A DNA stretch of 64,000 nt, taken from assembly GCA_030324005.1 (NCBI GenBank), contig JARDVH010000106.1, forward strand, positions 37,163,042 through 37,227,041, read 5' to 3'. Below, piece by piece: positions 12,945 to 26,720 of this stretch (position 1 is the first letter of the stretch; each line of letters begins with the position of its first letter). The notes beneath the pieces are model-generated. The model ran no database searches, was not told the origin of the DNA, and saw only the letters and a program-made list of their open reading frames with translations. This DNA is from Negaprion brevirostris (taxonomy: Eukaryota). Both the position numbers and the translations under genes were made by a program.

Positions 12945-13746
12945 TGGTTGGTGACTAGTGGAGTGCTGCAGGGATCGGTGCTGGGGCCTCAACTATTTAC
13001 CATTTATNNNNNNNNNNNNNNNNNNNNNNNNNNNNNNNNNNNNNNNNNNNNNNNNNNNNNNNNNNNNNNNNNNNNNNNNNNNNNNNNNNNNNNNNNNNNN
13101 NNNNNNNGGTGGAGGATATGGTCAAGAAGGCACATGGTATATTTGCCTTCATTAATCGAGGGATTGAATTTAGGAGTCGGGAGGTAATTCTGCAACTTTA
13201 TAAGACCCCTGAGAGACCCCACTTGGAGTACTGTGCGCATTTCTGGTCGCCTCACTACAAGAAGGATGTGGAAGCTATTGAGAGGATGCAGGGGAGATTT
13301 ACAAGGATGTTGCCTGGATTGGGTGGCATGCCTTATGAAGATAGGTTGAGGGAGCTAGGTCTATTCTCCCTGGAGAGGCAAAGGCTGAGAGGCAGCCTGA
13401 TGGAGGTTTATAAGATGTTGAGAGGTATGGATAGGGTGGATTCTCAGAGGCTATTTCCCAGGGCTGAAATGGTTGCTACGAGAGGACACAAGTTTAAGGT
13501 GCTCGGGAGTAGATACAGAGGAGATGTCAGGGTTAAGTTTTTCACTCAGAGAGTGGTGAGCGAGTGGAATAGGCTGCCGTCAGTGGTGGTGGAGGTGAAC
13601 TCGTTGGGGCCTTTTAAGAGACTTCTGGATGAGTACACGGGATTTAATGGGATTGAGGGTTATATATAGGTCTAGTAGGTAGGGAGATGATCAGCACAAC
13701 TTGTGGGCTGAAAAGCCTGTTTTTGCTGTAGTGTTCTATGTTCTAT
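12945..13746 (+). mobile_element. Young 5'-truncated CR1 LINE (gapped)
   Basis: VTSGVLQGSVLGPQLFTIY, then open ORF 13109..13669 (RPHLEYC..FWSP, TRGHKFK, FFTQRVV), 3' UTR and ttctatgttctat tail. Confidence 0.92.
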
Positions 13747-14277
13747 ATGCACCATTTTTGCTTCCTATTCTGTTGATTAACTCTTTCGAAGTTCCTTTCA
13801 ATATCTGCTGCAAATAGAATTGATTTTAAAAGCGGTAACCTGGCAGAAATTTGAGCACTGTGCTGAGGCAGATTGTTTCTCAGTGTTGGGTGTAATGTCA
13901 ATATCATGTGTATTAGCACGCAGAATGTATTAGTAAGCAGGATGCAACTCTTGTTCTCTTTATGTCACGATGAATTTGCACAGATTAATTACTTATCACA
14001 GTCTAGATCTGTTATATCTATTGCTTGCCTCATGCAATTTTTTCCCCTTGAAATCCAACGTGAATTTTGATAAACACTTAAGGCTTTCATGTTATATTCC
14101 TCTCTTTGCTATTTTGAAACAAAATAATTTAATGCCACTGTAAAAATAGCTGACAGGGAAATCTGACTGATGTTAAGTCACGTAGTAATGCCACTGAAGG
14201 CATTTTCAAGGCTATAATTTTTCAGTACAGAAATTCTATAAAACTATTAAAATAAAATATTGAAATATGTAACAGTG

Positions 14278-14462
14278 AATCTGGAGAGCTGTGTTTGAAT
14301 CCCAAGAAGGCAAATGATGAAATTTGAATTCAGTAAAAAAAAATCTGGAATTAAAAGTCCAAAATGACCATGAAACCACTGTCAATTGTTGGAATAAACC
14401 CATTTGGTACACTAATGTCCTTTAGGGAAGGAAATCTGCGTCCTTGCCTGGTCTGGCCCAGA
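14278..14462 (+). mobile_element. DeuSINE/SacSINE1-like tRNA-derived SINE fragment
   Basis: gtttgaatccc box B, aaatttgaattc, tttagggaaggaaatctgc; homologous to 48475-48868 and 60848-61135. Confidence 0.7.
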
Positions 14463-14690
14463 TGATAGACAAGGGAATTAAGGGTTATGGGGAGAAAGCG
14501 GGAAAGTGGAACTGATCCACTTCGGATCAGCCATGATCTTACTGAATGGCGGGGCAGGCTCAAAGGGCCAGATGGCCTACTCCTGCTCCTATTTCTTATG
14601 TTCTTTACTCTGTAACATCATCATTGTGGCCAGTACAGACTTGATAGGCTGAATAGCCTCGTTCTGTACTGTAGGGCTTCTATGATTCTA
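14463..14690 (+). mobile_element. Two CR1 3' UTR/tail fragments
   Basis: gatcagccatgatctt..gaatggcggggcaggctc..ggcctactcctgctcctatttcttatgtt, then a second tail ending ttctatgattcta. Confidence 0.75.
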
Positions 14691-15974
14691 AGGAACTCCA
14701 TTTGTATGTGCCAGCTATATGGAGCTCTGAATAGGAGAAAAGATCTGAATATGGCACAGATTCAAGAAATGAACACAAGAATCTAACGTCTTTATGTAAT
14801 TCTAAGCACAGCAGAGTTTTCTGCTTGAGAAAAACTTCAGAGTTAACAGACCAGTAGTTTTCCTATTTAGTTACTGAACAACAAATTTCTACATAAGTGA
14901 AATAGGATCAGAAGTATTCAAAACTCAGAATTTCAACACCCAAGACTCATGCAATTATCAGAGCTTTTTAATTCTATTCTTTATAGCACTCTTGAAATAG
15001 ATTGTTAAACACGCATGTCAGGCTGCTTTTTACCCTTGCGCAATATAGAACCAAGTTGCTCGTTAGCATTGAAACGATCTACCTCATTATAACTCTCAAG
15101 ACTTGGAAAGCATTTCAAATCATTCCTGAACAGATTATACATTTACTTGTACTTTGGTGCATCACAAGCCAACAAAATTGGTTGATCACACTGCTTACAT
15201 TTATATGATATTGAGCCTTGAGGGGAGTAGTTTTTCCATTAACAATATTAACATTAATATCAAGAGCACAAATATTAATAAGCTGTACAAAAAAAACTTT
15301 ATCTGTCATCCATCACCAATAATACACGACCACACCTTAAATCCTGAAAGATCATTTTGTTCCAGATCAGAAGATACAATCAACTACATCTATTCTTATT
15401 GATAGGATATGGTAGTTACTAGGACTGACAAGTGATTAGGAATATTAATTGCAATTAACATTAACACATTAATCTTGGTTTTAATTGCATGAGTAATTGA
15501 TATAATTATGACAAATGCGTTTTCTTCACATTTTAAAATTACAAATGAAAACATCACTGAAGTCATGCAATATTCCTAGAAACTTAGTAAATACAAGTAA
15601 AATGAACATATTATCATCATGAAATCCAAGCACGACTAAACCGAAACACTGCCTCGGCTTGAAGCACAAGCTGAACAACAATTTCAAAAGTGCCTTTAAA
15701 CCACTGCCGCTTGCTATTAGTCATAACACAAATAAGTAAGTTTTCTCCCCCATTTCATTTACATCTTAATCTTTACATTCAGAATCTGCACAGTCCATTC
15801 ATCATGGGCTTGAGCCATAGTAGAAGCCATGTCTTAAGTTCTGCGAACAATCCATGCCTTGGATTGAAGTTTCCAATTTCCTGAACAAGCAATTTGCCCA
15901 CATGCATCTTTGTGCATTCATTTGTCTCCCCCCCAAAATTTGGCACCACACTGAACGAAGGGAAAAAACACCTT

Positions 15975-17084
15975 GGGCCCGATTTTACCATTTTCATTCT
16001 AAATGCTGAATCTGGGCATAATGCAGATCCGACTTAGAAATCTGCTTTCAGGTGCCCATATANNNNNNNNNNNNNNNNNNNNNNNNGGTCCCATTAGTGC
16101 TGTGGGCAGGGCTTAGCATGGCCAAAACGATTGGAGCTTTGAACTGCGCATGTACAGTTAGAAAAAATGTTGAAAAAGCACACCCGTGTCAGCTTGCTCC
16201 CGGGCCATTTTCTGCGACCTGGGAGTGAAAAGCGGGAACGATGGCCCCACAGACATCATTAGGTGGGTGGTTGGGGGTGTGTGTGTGGACAAGGATAAAG
16301 GGGACAGCGATGTCTGCGGCAGTGGAGAGAGCTGGTGTGGATAAGGGGAGGCACAGACATCGCTGTCCCCCTTCTCATCATCCCCTGCAAACAATCATCC
16401 TCAGAGTGGCAGCAGAACCCCCTGCCAGAGATCCATCTGCTCCCCCCACCTTCCCCAGGGAATGGTCTGGCCTCATTCACCCCCCGCCCCCTCCCCAAGG
16501 AACATCTGACCCGCCTCCTCCTCCCTCCCTACCAGACCATGATCAGACCTCCCCCACCACACCAGACAATGATCAGTGCCCCCCCCCAAATCAGACAATG
16601 GTTGGCCCTTTCCACCNNNNNNNNNNNNNNNNNNNNNCCTCCCCCTCAACCAGCTAACGATCTGGCCCCACTCCCGGCTCCAACCAGAGAATGATCTGAC
16701 CCACCTTTCTTCAATCCCCCCCATCTTTGATCTGAGTCAGAGAGCTGTTGGAAGCACTGAATGTGCTCTTCAGCAGCTGGGGCGCCCAATTCAGACTTCT
16801 ACTTAGCAGGTCCATTACGGCGCAATTCCGGATTGGCAAATGCAGTAGTAAAGGGGGAAATGCTCATCAAGTTGGGTGGGCAGTTCATTAATTCAATTTA
16901 AATGCATGTAAACGTATTTAAATTGCCATTGTGCACATTTTGGGCACGAAGTGGATCGCTGCAGTTCCTGGGTTTTGGTGAAGTGGCAATCTGTGCAGAC
17001 ACGGATCGTGTTAAAGGCCTCACACCCGACTTTACCACATTTTTGCGCGCAAAAACGGGTGCAGCGGACGGTAAAATCAGGCCC
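15975..17084. mobile_element. Non-autonomous DNA transposon, PIF/Harbinger-like, 1.1 kb
   Basis: 15-bp TIRs gggcccgattttacc (15975-15989) and ggtaaaatcaggccc (17070-17084), one mismatch; 3-bp flanking duplication CTT; GC-rich interior with no transposase. Confidence 0.8.
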
Positions 17085-20000
17085 CTTGTTTCGTTCACAG
17101 TGCCAAAAGCAGAAGTGGTGGTAGTCTTTAGGTTCAGCAGTCTAAAGTGCTTGGCTGTCAGCGTGTAAAAACTAACTGCTTCATAGGTATTTAATATCAA
17201 AGATGATAATTTAAAAATGTAAAAAAAATCCTTTAAAAAATTAACACATTATTCTTCAATGCAATTCATTGATAGCATTTTAAGCATTAGAAAACAGTTG
17301 CTTTGTAAGGCATGTTCGGCATGTGTCTACTTGAAGCAAATGTGCCATAATTCTGAAAGTATGAAAAACCAATCTGACGATCAGCAAAAAAATTTCAGAA
17401 TTGCCAAAAACAGACTAGAAATCTTAACTGGTGCTTCGACTCCAAATGACAATTCATGATCACGGATCTAAAAATAGAAAAATGGAAATGGGATTCTCAT
17501 CCAAAGGCACTGCAATATGCCAGCTTTCTAAATAAGGACAAAGGCGGTAGCTGCAGATGTAAGAGCAAATATATTTCTTATAAACATGATGAGATAGACA
17601 GCAGTTTAAAAGTAGTTTGAATTAATGTTTGTCTTTTGTGCAGATGCAACCTTGGATTTCCATACTGGAAACAAATTACTTCAAAGGAACTAATTCACTA
17701 GAATCTCATTTATGGTATCCAAGAGCAGCTGTCATCAATTCTGGAATACAGATGAACAGGCTGAATCCGGCATCGTTGAAAATAGATTTGGAAGTCAATA
17801 CACAGAAAAGCGAAGCACCAGCAGTTGGGACAAGAAGTGGTTAAGATCAAGCCTGTTCAATGTTCCCATGCAACAGTATGACTCTAGCCAGAGTTCAGAC
17901 ACAGGGTATCATCTGAACATCTAATAATTTATAATGAAATGCATTTAGGACTTATAAACCTAATATACTCAACTAAAGCACAAAGGACTATCTTCCAACA
18001 TCAATCCTCAAAATCACAAAGTCATTTTGGGAACCCTGAATAGACTGCACATTTCTGGAAATTGTATATTCATGGCAGGCAATTCAGGTGCCATCCACAA
18101 TGGACAACACTAGAAAGGGTCTATTGTAATATGGGCCAGCTTTCAGGATCTCAACAATTGTTTACTCTACAATATCTCCCTTTCTAAGGCTAGGATTCCA
18201 TCTGGAATAAAGAATCAGCACAGAGCATAAATCAATAATCATAATCNNNNNNNNNNNNNNNNNNNNNNNNNNNNNNNNNNNNNNNNNNNNNNNNNNNNNN
18301 NNNNNNNNNNNNNNNNNNNNNNNNNNNNNNNNNNNNNNNNNNNNNNNNNNNNNNNNNNNNNNNNNNNNNNNNNNNNNNNNNNNNNNNNNNNNNNNNNNNN
18401 NNNNNNNNNNNNNNNNNNNNNNNNNNNNNNNNNNNNNNNNNNNNNNNNNNNNNNNNNNNNNNNNNNNNNNNNNNNNNNNNNNNNNNNNNNNNNNNNNNNN
18501 NNNNNNNNNNNNNNNNNNNNNNNNNNNNNNNNNNNNNNNNNNNNNNNNNNNNNNNNNNNNNNNNNNNNNNNNNNNNNNNNNNNNNNNNNNNNNNNNNNNN
18601 NNNNNNNNNNNNNNNNNNNNNNNNNNNNNNNNNNNNNNNNNNNNNNNNNNNNNNNNNNNNNNNNNNNNNNNNNNNNNNNNNNNNNNNNNNNNNNNNNNNN
18701 NNNNNNNNNNNNNNNNNNNNNNNNNNNNNNNNNNNNNNNNNNNNNNNNNNNNNNNNNNNNNNNNNNNNNNNNNNNNNNNNNNNNNNNNNNNNNNNNNNNN
18801 NNNNNNNNNNNNNNNNNNNNNNNTAGACAAGGGTCATGGGTGGAGAGGGGACTCAATGTTAAAATGGCAGCACGGGCTCATTGGGCTGAAGGGACTGTTT
18901 CCCGTGCTGTGTTGTTCTTTAGTATTGAGCTTCCAAAGTGTAACTGCACTGCAACCATCAGGCAAACAGTAAACATACCATAACACTCTTGACCTGAAAC
19001 CTTGAGGATATGAGGAGAATAAGGGATCAGGAGGTGAGTCACACAACACAGATCTCCATTTTGCTCTTGTAGTCAGTGCTGATGCGGTTGGTCCTTTTCA
19101 ATTTCTAGTCAGCCCAGTTTCTAGTTCCCACCCCGCAGTATGTTGAATGTGGAGCACCTAGCGATAACAAAATATCTGGCATTTTTTGTTTGAGATGGCC
19201 ATGTGGTGAAAATGTTACCTGCCAGTAGTCAAAAAAATGTAACAATGAAGAAGATATGGCATTAGTAGGTTAGCCATCAATTTCAGCTCAACAAATGAGA
19301 CACCCAGTTTGGGTGGCTTTCATTTCAATTGATGCAACATTTGATGCAGTCATGCCTTTTAATACATATATGTTTAAGTGTCTCAGACTCTGAAGCCCAA
19401 ATACTACAAACACATTTACACTCTTTACATTCAAAATACTGCTCATCTCCAGAAATCAAATTGCAGTATTTTTCTTTCAACTGGTTTTGTTCTAGAAATG
19501 TATATACACACATCTATTTTATTCTAACAGTGAAATAAGTTATATTGTTATGGCTAATCTGTTACTGCTTAATCAAACAGTACACAGCAGCAGCAAAAAG
19601 TACAAACAGCATTATGCCGGCTTTAGAAATCTGAAGTAATCTTCAATAAAGTGTAATACTCCAATCAATAATAATGCAATTTGATTCTTCAATTTCACCT
19701 CCACAGAAAAAATGTAAAACATTTTAATATAACAAAGCCACTATCTTCATCCTGCTCATAACTGCAATAACACAATATTTTACTTTGTATTAGCTTTTAT
19801 ATATTATACTCAAAAGTTCAATATTGAAAGAAACAACAGAAGGTATCAAGTTGGCCAATAATTGAGAAGAAAACTGATTTAAAACAAAACGCTAAAACAA
19901 TCTATATTTTCTTCCAAACACACACGCAGCTTCCTCTGTGGATATATAAATTTGAAAGATATTTGATAAATTTAGCAGTTCCCTAAATCATAAGCAATGT

Positions 20001-20466
20001 TAATTGCCATGAGCGGTTACCTATACTTAAGAAATTGATAGCTGACATGAGGAATTAATTTAAAGTGTGGTTAGTACTTCTTTAAAATTTATTTTTCCCA
20101 TTTAACAATGTTATGCAAGTACTCCACTGGAATGAACATTACTAAGCTCTCTTTAATATGAAGCAATTATAAAATTAGGATACATGTTTAAAGTATCATT
20201 CCAGCTAAATCCAATTCCACTGTATAGGCTGCCTGTTCATACAAGTAAATCCCAACTGGAACAAGGGAAGTGGCACAACATATTTGATCAACAATACAAA
20301 ACAAGTTTTTGCAGGGGTGCCTAGAGAAAGGCCAAAGAAATAAGAAAATGCTTCTGACAAGACTGAGGATTTCCAATGAAGTATGAGATCTTTTTAAATA
20401 TACAGAAAGACTATTTATCACCTGAAAAATTCAAAAATTAAAATGTTGCCATTTTACAGGCACTTA

Positions 20467-20754
<288 letters not shown>

Positions 20755-23700
20755 TCACTGAAGTTTGTTGCCCCCAGCATAAATTCTGTAATAACAGTTA
20801 TAGTATATATCTTCTAGAAAGTTCTAAACAAACTCATGTCTTTGGGCATGAAATGAAATACCAGACTTCTGTTAACATCATATTTCCTAAACTATAATAC
20901 TTAATACATATTTAAAGATACAGTCCCCACCCACTATATGCAGTAGTGAAACATGGGACTATGTCTCTCCTGCTCCCAGCCACTGCAGAATGAAACAATA
21001 ATACATCATTACTGTTCTCTCACAGAAGCAGATAAAACATGTATATTAAATTCTGCTGTAAGCCTCAACACAAAGACATTATGCCCCAAAGAATCACATG
21101 CACAAAATCTATTTAGAAGCATCATGGCATTTTGAACTTCTTTACTTCTCTATTTGTAGTTATAATCTTGTCTATAGACAGGTTATGTATTGTGGGAGTT
21201 TTTTAAAATCTAATTCCACTTTGGGATGCTGAAGGAGAATAATCAATAGTCTGGTCAGTTTCACCACTGCAGTAGATAAGCACAGTTCAAGTTTCAGGAG
21301 GCTTTGACACAAGGCATTTGACATCATTGTTAATTATTTGTGCAACAATTGAAGGAGTTCTGGAGGCCAAGGGGCTAAGTCAATGGGGCTACTTGACAGC
21401 ACTTTATGACAAGTACAAAGAGCTACATGGACTATCTGAATAGCTGGTAGTTAAAGTGGCTTAAGCAACACTTTTGAAATGAACACCTAGTGTAATAACA
21501 AATGATTAGCCTCATTTCCCAATATAGTAGAAGCGGTGCAAGTGATGGGGACAACACATATGCCTTAACTTCAAGGATTTTTTCCCTGCCAATTCAATCA
21601 TTTCAGTTATACTAATATTACAAGAGTTGGAGAATAAGCCCACGTTAACAAAACTGCACCTGCTATCCAAATTGAAATGCTTCCAAATTTTACGATTTGG
21701 GTGTTGAGATGCAACTTCCTCCTCCCCAACACATTATNNNNNNNNNNNNNNNNNNNNNNNGTAAACATGCTACAGATAAAATAAATACCTCCTTGCTCAC
21801 CTCCTGCAGTCAACCTCACATCTGCTTAACACCATCTGTGCCTAACAGTAAAACCATAAAGACAAGCCACAGGTACTCATTGCTGCATTGAGAGGAAAAG
21901 GTAAAGAACAAGGAAACACACCACTAAAACTAAAACATTTCAAGAACTGAATCATGTGTGAAACAAGATCTAGATTTGTACATTTCACTCAGCATTTTCC
22001 CTTCAATCGCTTTTCAAAAAAAATGAGGAAAATGAAAAATATTTCCACAAGTACTGAGCAAAAATCAGGCACATTCTCATATAACACAAGTAACAGAGAA
22101 ATTCAAAGCATATTGGTGAAGGTCACTTCCCATCTTCTTAGCTAGGGTCAGGAAAACCTATCTAGGCAAGGGCAATGCACTGCAAATTGAATACAAAGTT
22201 TAACCACATGTTCAGAAGGCTAAAGAAATATGAACTGCAGTGGCAAGCAAAATATCTGCATTGATTTTATGACTATCATTTGCTAGAATGCAAGCATAAG
22301 ATGAATACAAATGGCTTTGGCGATGTCTGATTAAGTAGGGGGTAATGCACAAGGAATTCTGTGCCTAATCATTGTGTGCATGTAAGATCATTGAGAGAGA
22401 ACATGCTATGCTCTCCAACCACCTGAAAGTTCCCCTCCAATTCACCCACCATTCTGAATGGAAATACATTCCTGTTTCTTCATCTCCACAATTAGCCAAC
22501 AACACTGTGGGTGTACCTAAACCACACAGACTGCAGCCATTCAAGATGACGATTCACCACCACCTTCTCAAGGACATCAGGGAGAACATGTTCTGGTTTA
22601 GCTGCAATGCACTAATAGTTGATTAATCTGCAAACACTCCCTGTACTCAAAGACAGCAATTATATGGGCATAGCACCTGACATTTGTTGAACCAGACTGT
22701 GCAGAGTTAACGTTTTGTAAGGGAGAGAAGACTTTGTTCCAAAAGTCGAATGCAAATCACGTATGTTAAAAAGAACAGATGTTACTGGTAAAACAAATGT
22801 AGCTACTCAATCATCCTTTCCAAAAGTGATATAATATACAGTAAGATCCCACAATACAGATACGGCACTGCAGGCAACACGGGCAGCAGCAGGGAACGTA
22901 AGCTTAGATATGTTGGTTAAGAGAGCAAAAACCATGGCCACGGAGTAAGAAAACAAAACGCTTACAAAAATAGAAATAACCCCTGAATTACTGAATGGAA
23001 TTTGACTATCCTTTTATCTGAAATTTCCACTATTACGTCCATGCTCATCATGATTTTTATGTAGTAAACCATCATCATTTTGTTACCCAATGATTTCTGC
23101 ATTGCTCTACAAAAGTCTCCCGAATGGCCCAATCTCACAATGCCAAGTATGCAGATCTACCACACGTAATGCATCTGATCTATGACAAGCATCCCATGCA
23201 CAATTGTACAATTGTACAGTGACCTCTGGAAAACAGCAGTGGTCAACAGCCCCAGAAGAGTAGGCATGCTGTGAAGAACCTGGGCTCAATTCACTGCAAC
23301 AGAAAGACTATAATCGAGCCTTTTTTCTTCAAAGTTGGGACTCCTAAAGATGCGTTCTGCCAAAAGAGCAGCTGTGATTTCCCACAAGAGTACAAATTCT
23401 ACAATGTGTGCGGTAAGGGCTGGCTGACAGGACCTGGTCTTTAGAAAAAGGAGGAGAATAGGTATTGTTAGAATACTAATACAGCAACCAAAAGAACAGA
23501 AGCAGGCCATTCAGCCTCTCAAACCTTTTCTGCCCTTCACTAAGATTTAGAAGGAATATCAGTAAAGGTGAACAGACAATAGAAACAGCATAGGTAAGTT
23601 AAAGGAATAGAAAAGGAAACAACACTCTGATAGGAGTTGCCTACAGAGCTCCTCCATTAGTGATACAGTTTTGGGGTGTGGTGATGGCAGATGTATAAAA

Positions 23701-24899
23701 AGACCAAGGAAGCATGCAGCAAAGCAAGTGGTTACAATAGGCTGTAAATTCTCAATTTCCACCATTCGTTGGATGAAAATATTCCTCAACTCCCTCAAAA
23801 GCATTGTACCACTTACTTTAAATCTGTCCCCTGGTTATTGATTTCTCTCTGAAGGAGAACAGGTACTTCCCATCCACTCTATCTAGGCCCTTAATTTTGT
23901 AAATCTCAACTAAATTATACAATTAAACCTCAATTGTGTAAATCCTAGGGACTGAACTTTACCTAAAAAGCTAGAGATGAGCCATGATCCTGACAGCTGC
24001 CCCACAGCAATTTAAGACAGTAGTGTTAACTGCTCTACAGTGAATTGGATGACCAGCCGCTCTACAGTCTTAGCAGTGCTACAGCCTGTCCTGAAAAGGA
24101 GACCAAGCTCAGAATAGAGCTCAGCGAGGGGGAAACGAGGGAGGGTAAAATGAGTTACATAATCTGGGTGGATTGGCTTGTAGATCCTCATACACCAGCA
24201 GAAGCAGGATAAGCTCCTTATGTAGTCCTCCATAACCTGCAGATAGGTTAAGAGCAAGTAGGAAGGCCACCCACAGGATTTTACAAACCCTGTCTTCAAA
24301 TCCATGGGAAGCCAGCATCAAATCTGGCCCATGACAAGAAGAAATTCAATAGACGGGGTCAACTGTACACAAAAAGATACAGAACTAATGCGATAATTGC
24401 AATTTAGAAAATATGTATTTAGTTCAATGGTAATAAGAAAATTGTAGGCTCATTAAATAAACATTTTATATCCAGTTTCACAAGAGAAAATACAAAATAC
24501 CAGTAGTAACAGCAATCCTAAAGAATAATTAACGGCAAGGAACTTAGTGATTCTAATACATTATAAAATTGTAAATGGAGAAAATAATGGGGCTTAAACT
24601 GGACAAATATCCAAAATCCAGTTATTTTAACACAATGGAATGAGCACCAAAGGGTAAAAAAAATTAGGCATGTATTGATCATATTTTTCCAAACAGTTCT
24701 CTAGATTCAGAAATAGTGCTTTTGGTTTGCAAATTGTATAAATGCGTTCTCCCCCCATTATTGAAAGTGTGAGTGAGAAAGAGATAACTACAGACCCATC
24801 AGGTTAACAACAGTGCAAGGAATTTATAAAACTTTATTAGAGAAGGAGTGATTGAGCATTTGGACATATATCAGCTGATTAAGGACTTAATAAAAAAAT

Positions 24900-25042
24900 G
24901 TTTATTTGTCACAAGCAGGCTTACATTAACACTGCAATGAAGTTCCTGTGAAAACACCTAGTTGCCACATTCCAACGCCTGTCTGAATACGCTGAGGGAG
25001 AATTTATCATGGCTAATGCACTTAACCAGCATGTCTTTCGGA
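24900..25042 (-). mobile_element. V-SINE/HE1-related SINE 3' fragment
   Basis: aatttatcatggctaatgcacttaaccagcatgtctttcgga matches the core of the 44716-45030 copy; different tail (tttatttgtcac). Confidence 0.6.
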
Positions 25043-25089
25043 TATATGATGAATTATCACGTCTGAATAACCTGATTCAATTCTTCAGG

Positions 25090-26720
25090 AGGCAAGCGAT
25101 CCCAACCAACAAATCAGATCAAACACCTGCAGCCCAATCATGTCCACTTGAGAGCCAAATTACAAATCAGTCAAAATGCCAAGTAGATTATCTACCTTGG
25201 TTTCCTCCCAAGGTTTGCACCCTCAGCTGCCAGTCCTCAACCAACGCAGCTCACTCCAAGTGATAAGAAGCAGTTCCACGCATTGCTTACAACTAAGAGT
25301 GGAATCCACTTGATAAGGTGGAAACTTGCCCAGACATATCCTGTTCAAGAAGCTAGGTCTAATCAAATCCGCCAATTATTGTCCAATCAGACTGCGCTCA
25401 ATCAGCAGCAAATGATGGAAGGTTATGTCAGCATTGCTATCAAGCAGTACTTACTCATCAATAACTTGCTCACTGAAGTCGTTTGGGATTCATCAGGATC
25501 TCACAGTTCCAAACATCATTTCAGCTGTGGTCTAAACATGGGCAAGAGAGTTGAATTCTGGAGCTCAGATACAAGTGACTGCTTGAGATCAAGGCAGCAT
25601 TTGCCCTAATGTAGTATTAAGAAGTCCTTGTAAAATTGAAGTCAATGGGAATCAAGGGGAGAACTCTCCAATGGCTAGGATTGTAGCTACTGTAGTATAA
25701 AGGAAAGTGGTTGTCATTGTTTCAAAACCTATCATCTCAGTCTCAGGATATCCTCAACCATTTCATCAATGATCTTGCTTTCATCATAAAACCACAAGTC
25801 CAGATGCTTATTGAGTTCAGAGTGGTCAGTGTCATCACCATTCACAACTCCCCAGACACTCAAGCAATCCATGCCCACTTGCAGTAAAACATGGGTGACT
25901 TTTGAAATCAGACTGATAAGTGACAAGTAACATTCATGACACACAAAAAATTGTCAGGTAATGAATTTTTCCTAAAAGAGAAAATCTAAACATCATTGCG
26001 GAGTCCTACAATCAAGTTCCTAGGATTCATCATATGATCAGAAACATAACTATTCAGCCACATAAATACTGTGCCCAAAAGGACAGGTCAAAGGCTGGGC
26101 ATTCTTTTGATCCTCCAGAACTCTTCTACTAACTACGAGAGTAATAGAATACTCTCCAATTTAGGTGGATGAACCATGCTAAATTATCCTTTGGTGACCA
26201 AAGATGTGTGGGTTTAGGTGGAATAGCCATGATAAATGTGCAGGGGGTAGGACAGAGGTGGGAGCCTGGGTTAGATGCTCTTTCGTAGAATTGGTGCAGA
26301 CTCGATGAACCAGATGGCCTTTTTCTGCACAGTGGGGATTCTTTGGTTCATCTGCCCTGAAGAGAGCAGATCCAAAATACAAAGTTGAGCAGATTCAAAA
26401 TACAAAGTTCAACAGCATCCTTGATAAAGTAGTTTATATGATCAGCACCCCGTTAATTACTTTAAACATTCACTTCTTTCACCAACGTACATATTAGACA
26501 AGATGTCCTTCAGCAACTAGCTATGGTTTTTGCAACAATAGCTTCCAAGCCCATGACCCCTACAACCTACTAGGATCAAGGGCAGCAGATGCATTGGATC
26601 ACCACTGCAGGCATGTGTCTTCTAAGCCACACAGCATCCTGAATTGCAAATGTAACACTGTTCCTCCAATGTTAATGAGTCAAAATCCTACAACTATTTA
26701 ACAGTACTGCAGATGCACCA
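25090..26720 (+). mobile_element. Old CR1/L2-group LINE RT remnant with nested SINE
   Basis: WKLAQ.YPV, NLLT...FGF and DIKAAF-like remnants; 3' part similar to 27950-28620. Confidence 0.6.
26190..26345 (+). mobile_element. V-SINE/HE1-like 3' half
   Basis: ccaaagatgtgtgggtttaggtggaatagccatgataaat, then CR1-like tail ttctgcacagtggggattct. Confidence 0.7.

Noticed and set aside
13109-13669. 186-aa ORF as a host gene
   Set aside because: It is the C-terminus of CR1 ORF2 followed by a CR1 tail.
12926-13708. caacttgtggg repeated near both ends of the young CR1 as a TSD
   Set aside because: The second copy lies inside the CR1 3' UTR, upstream of the tail, so it does not flank the element.
16158-17200. 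Cluster of overlapping proline-rich ORFs
   Set aside because: By-product of GC-rich low-complexity sequence inside a TIR-bounded element.
18162-18856. ORFs over 200 aa
   Set aside because: Almost entirely N gap; the same applies to ORFs at 11037-11432 and 56805-57101.
23948-24330. Another Harbinger-like MITE (gggactgaactttacc ... aaatctggccc)
   Set aside because: Termini too degenerate and no matching 3-bp duplication.
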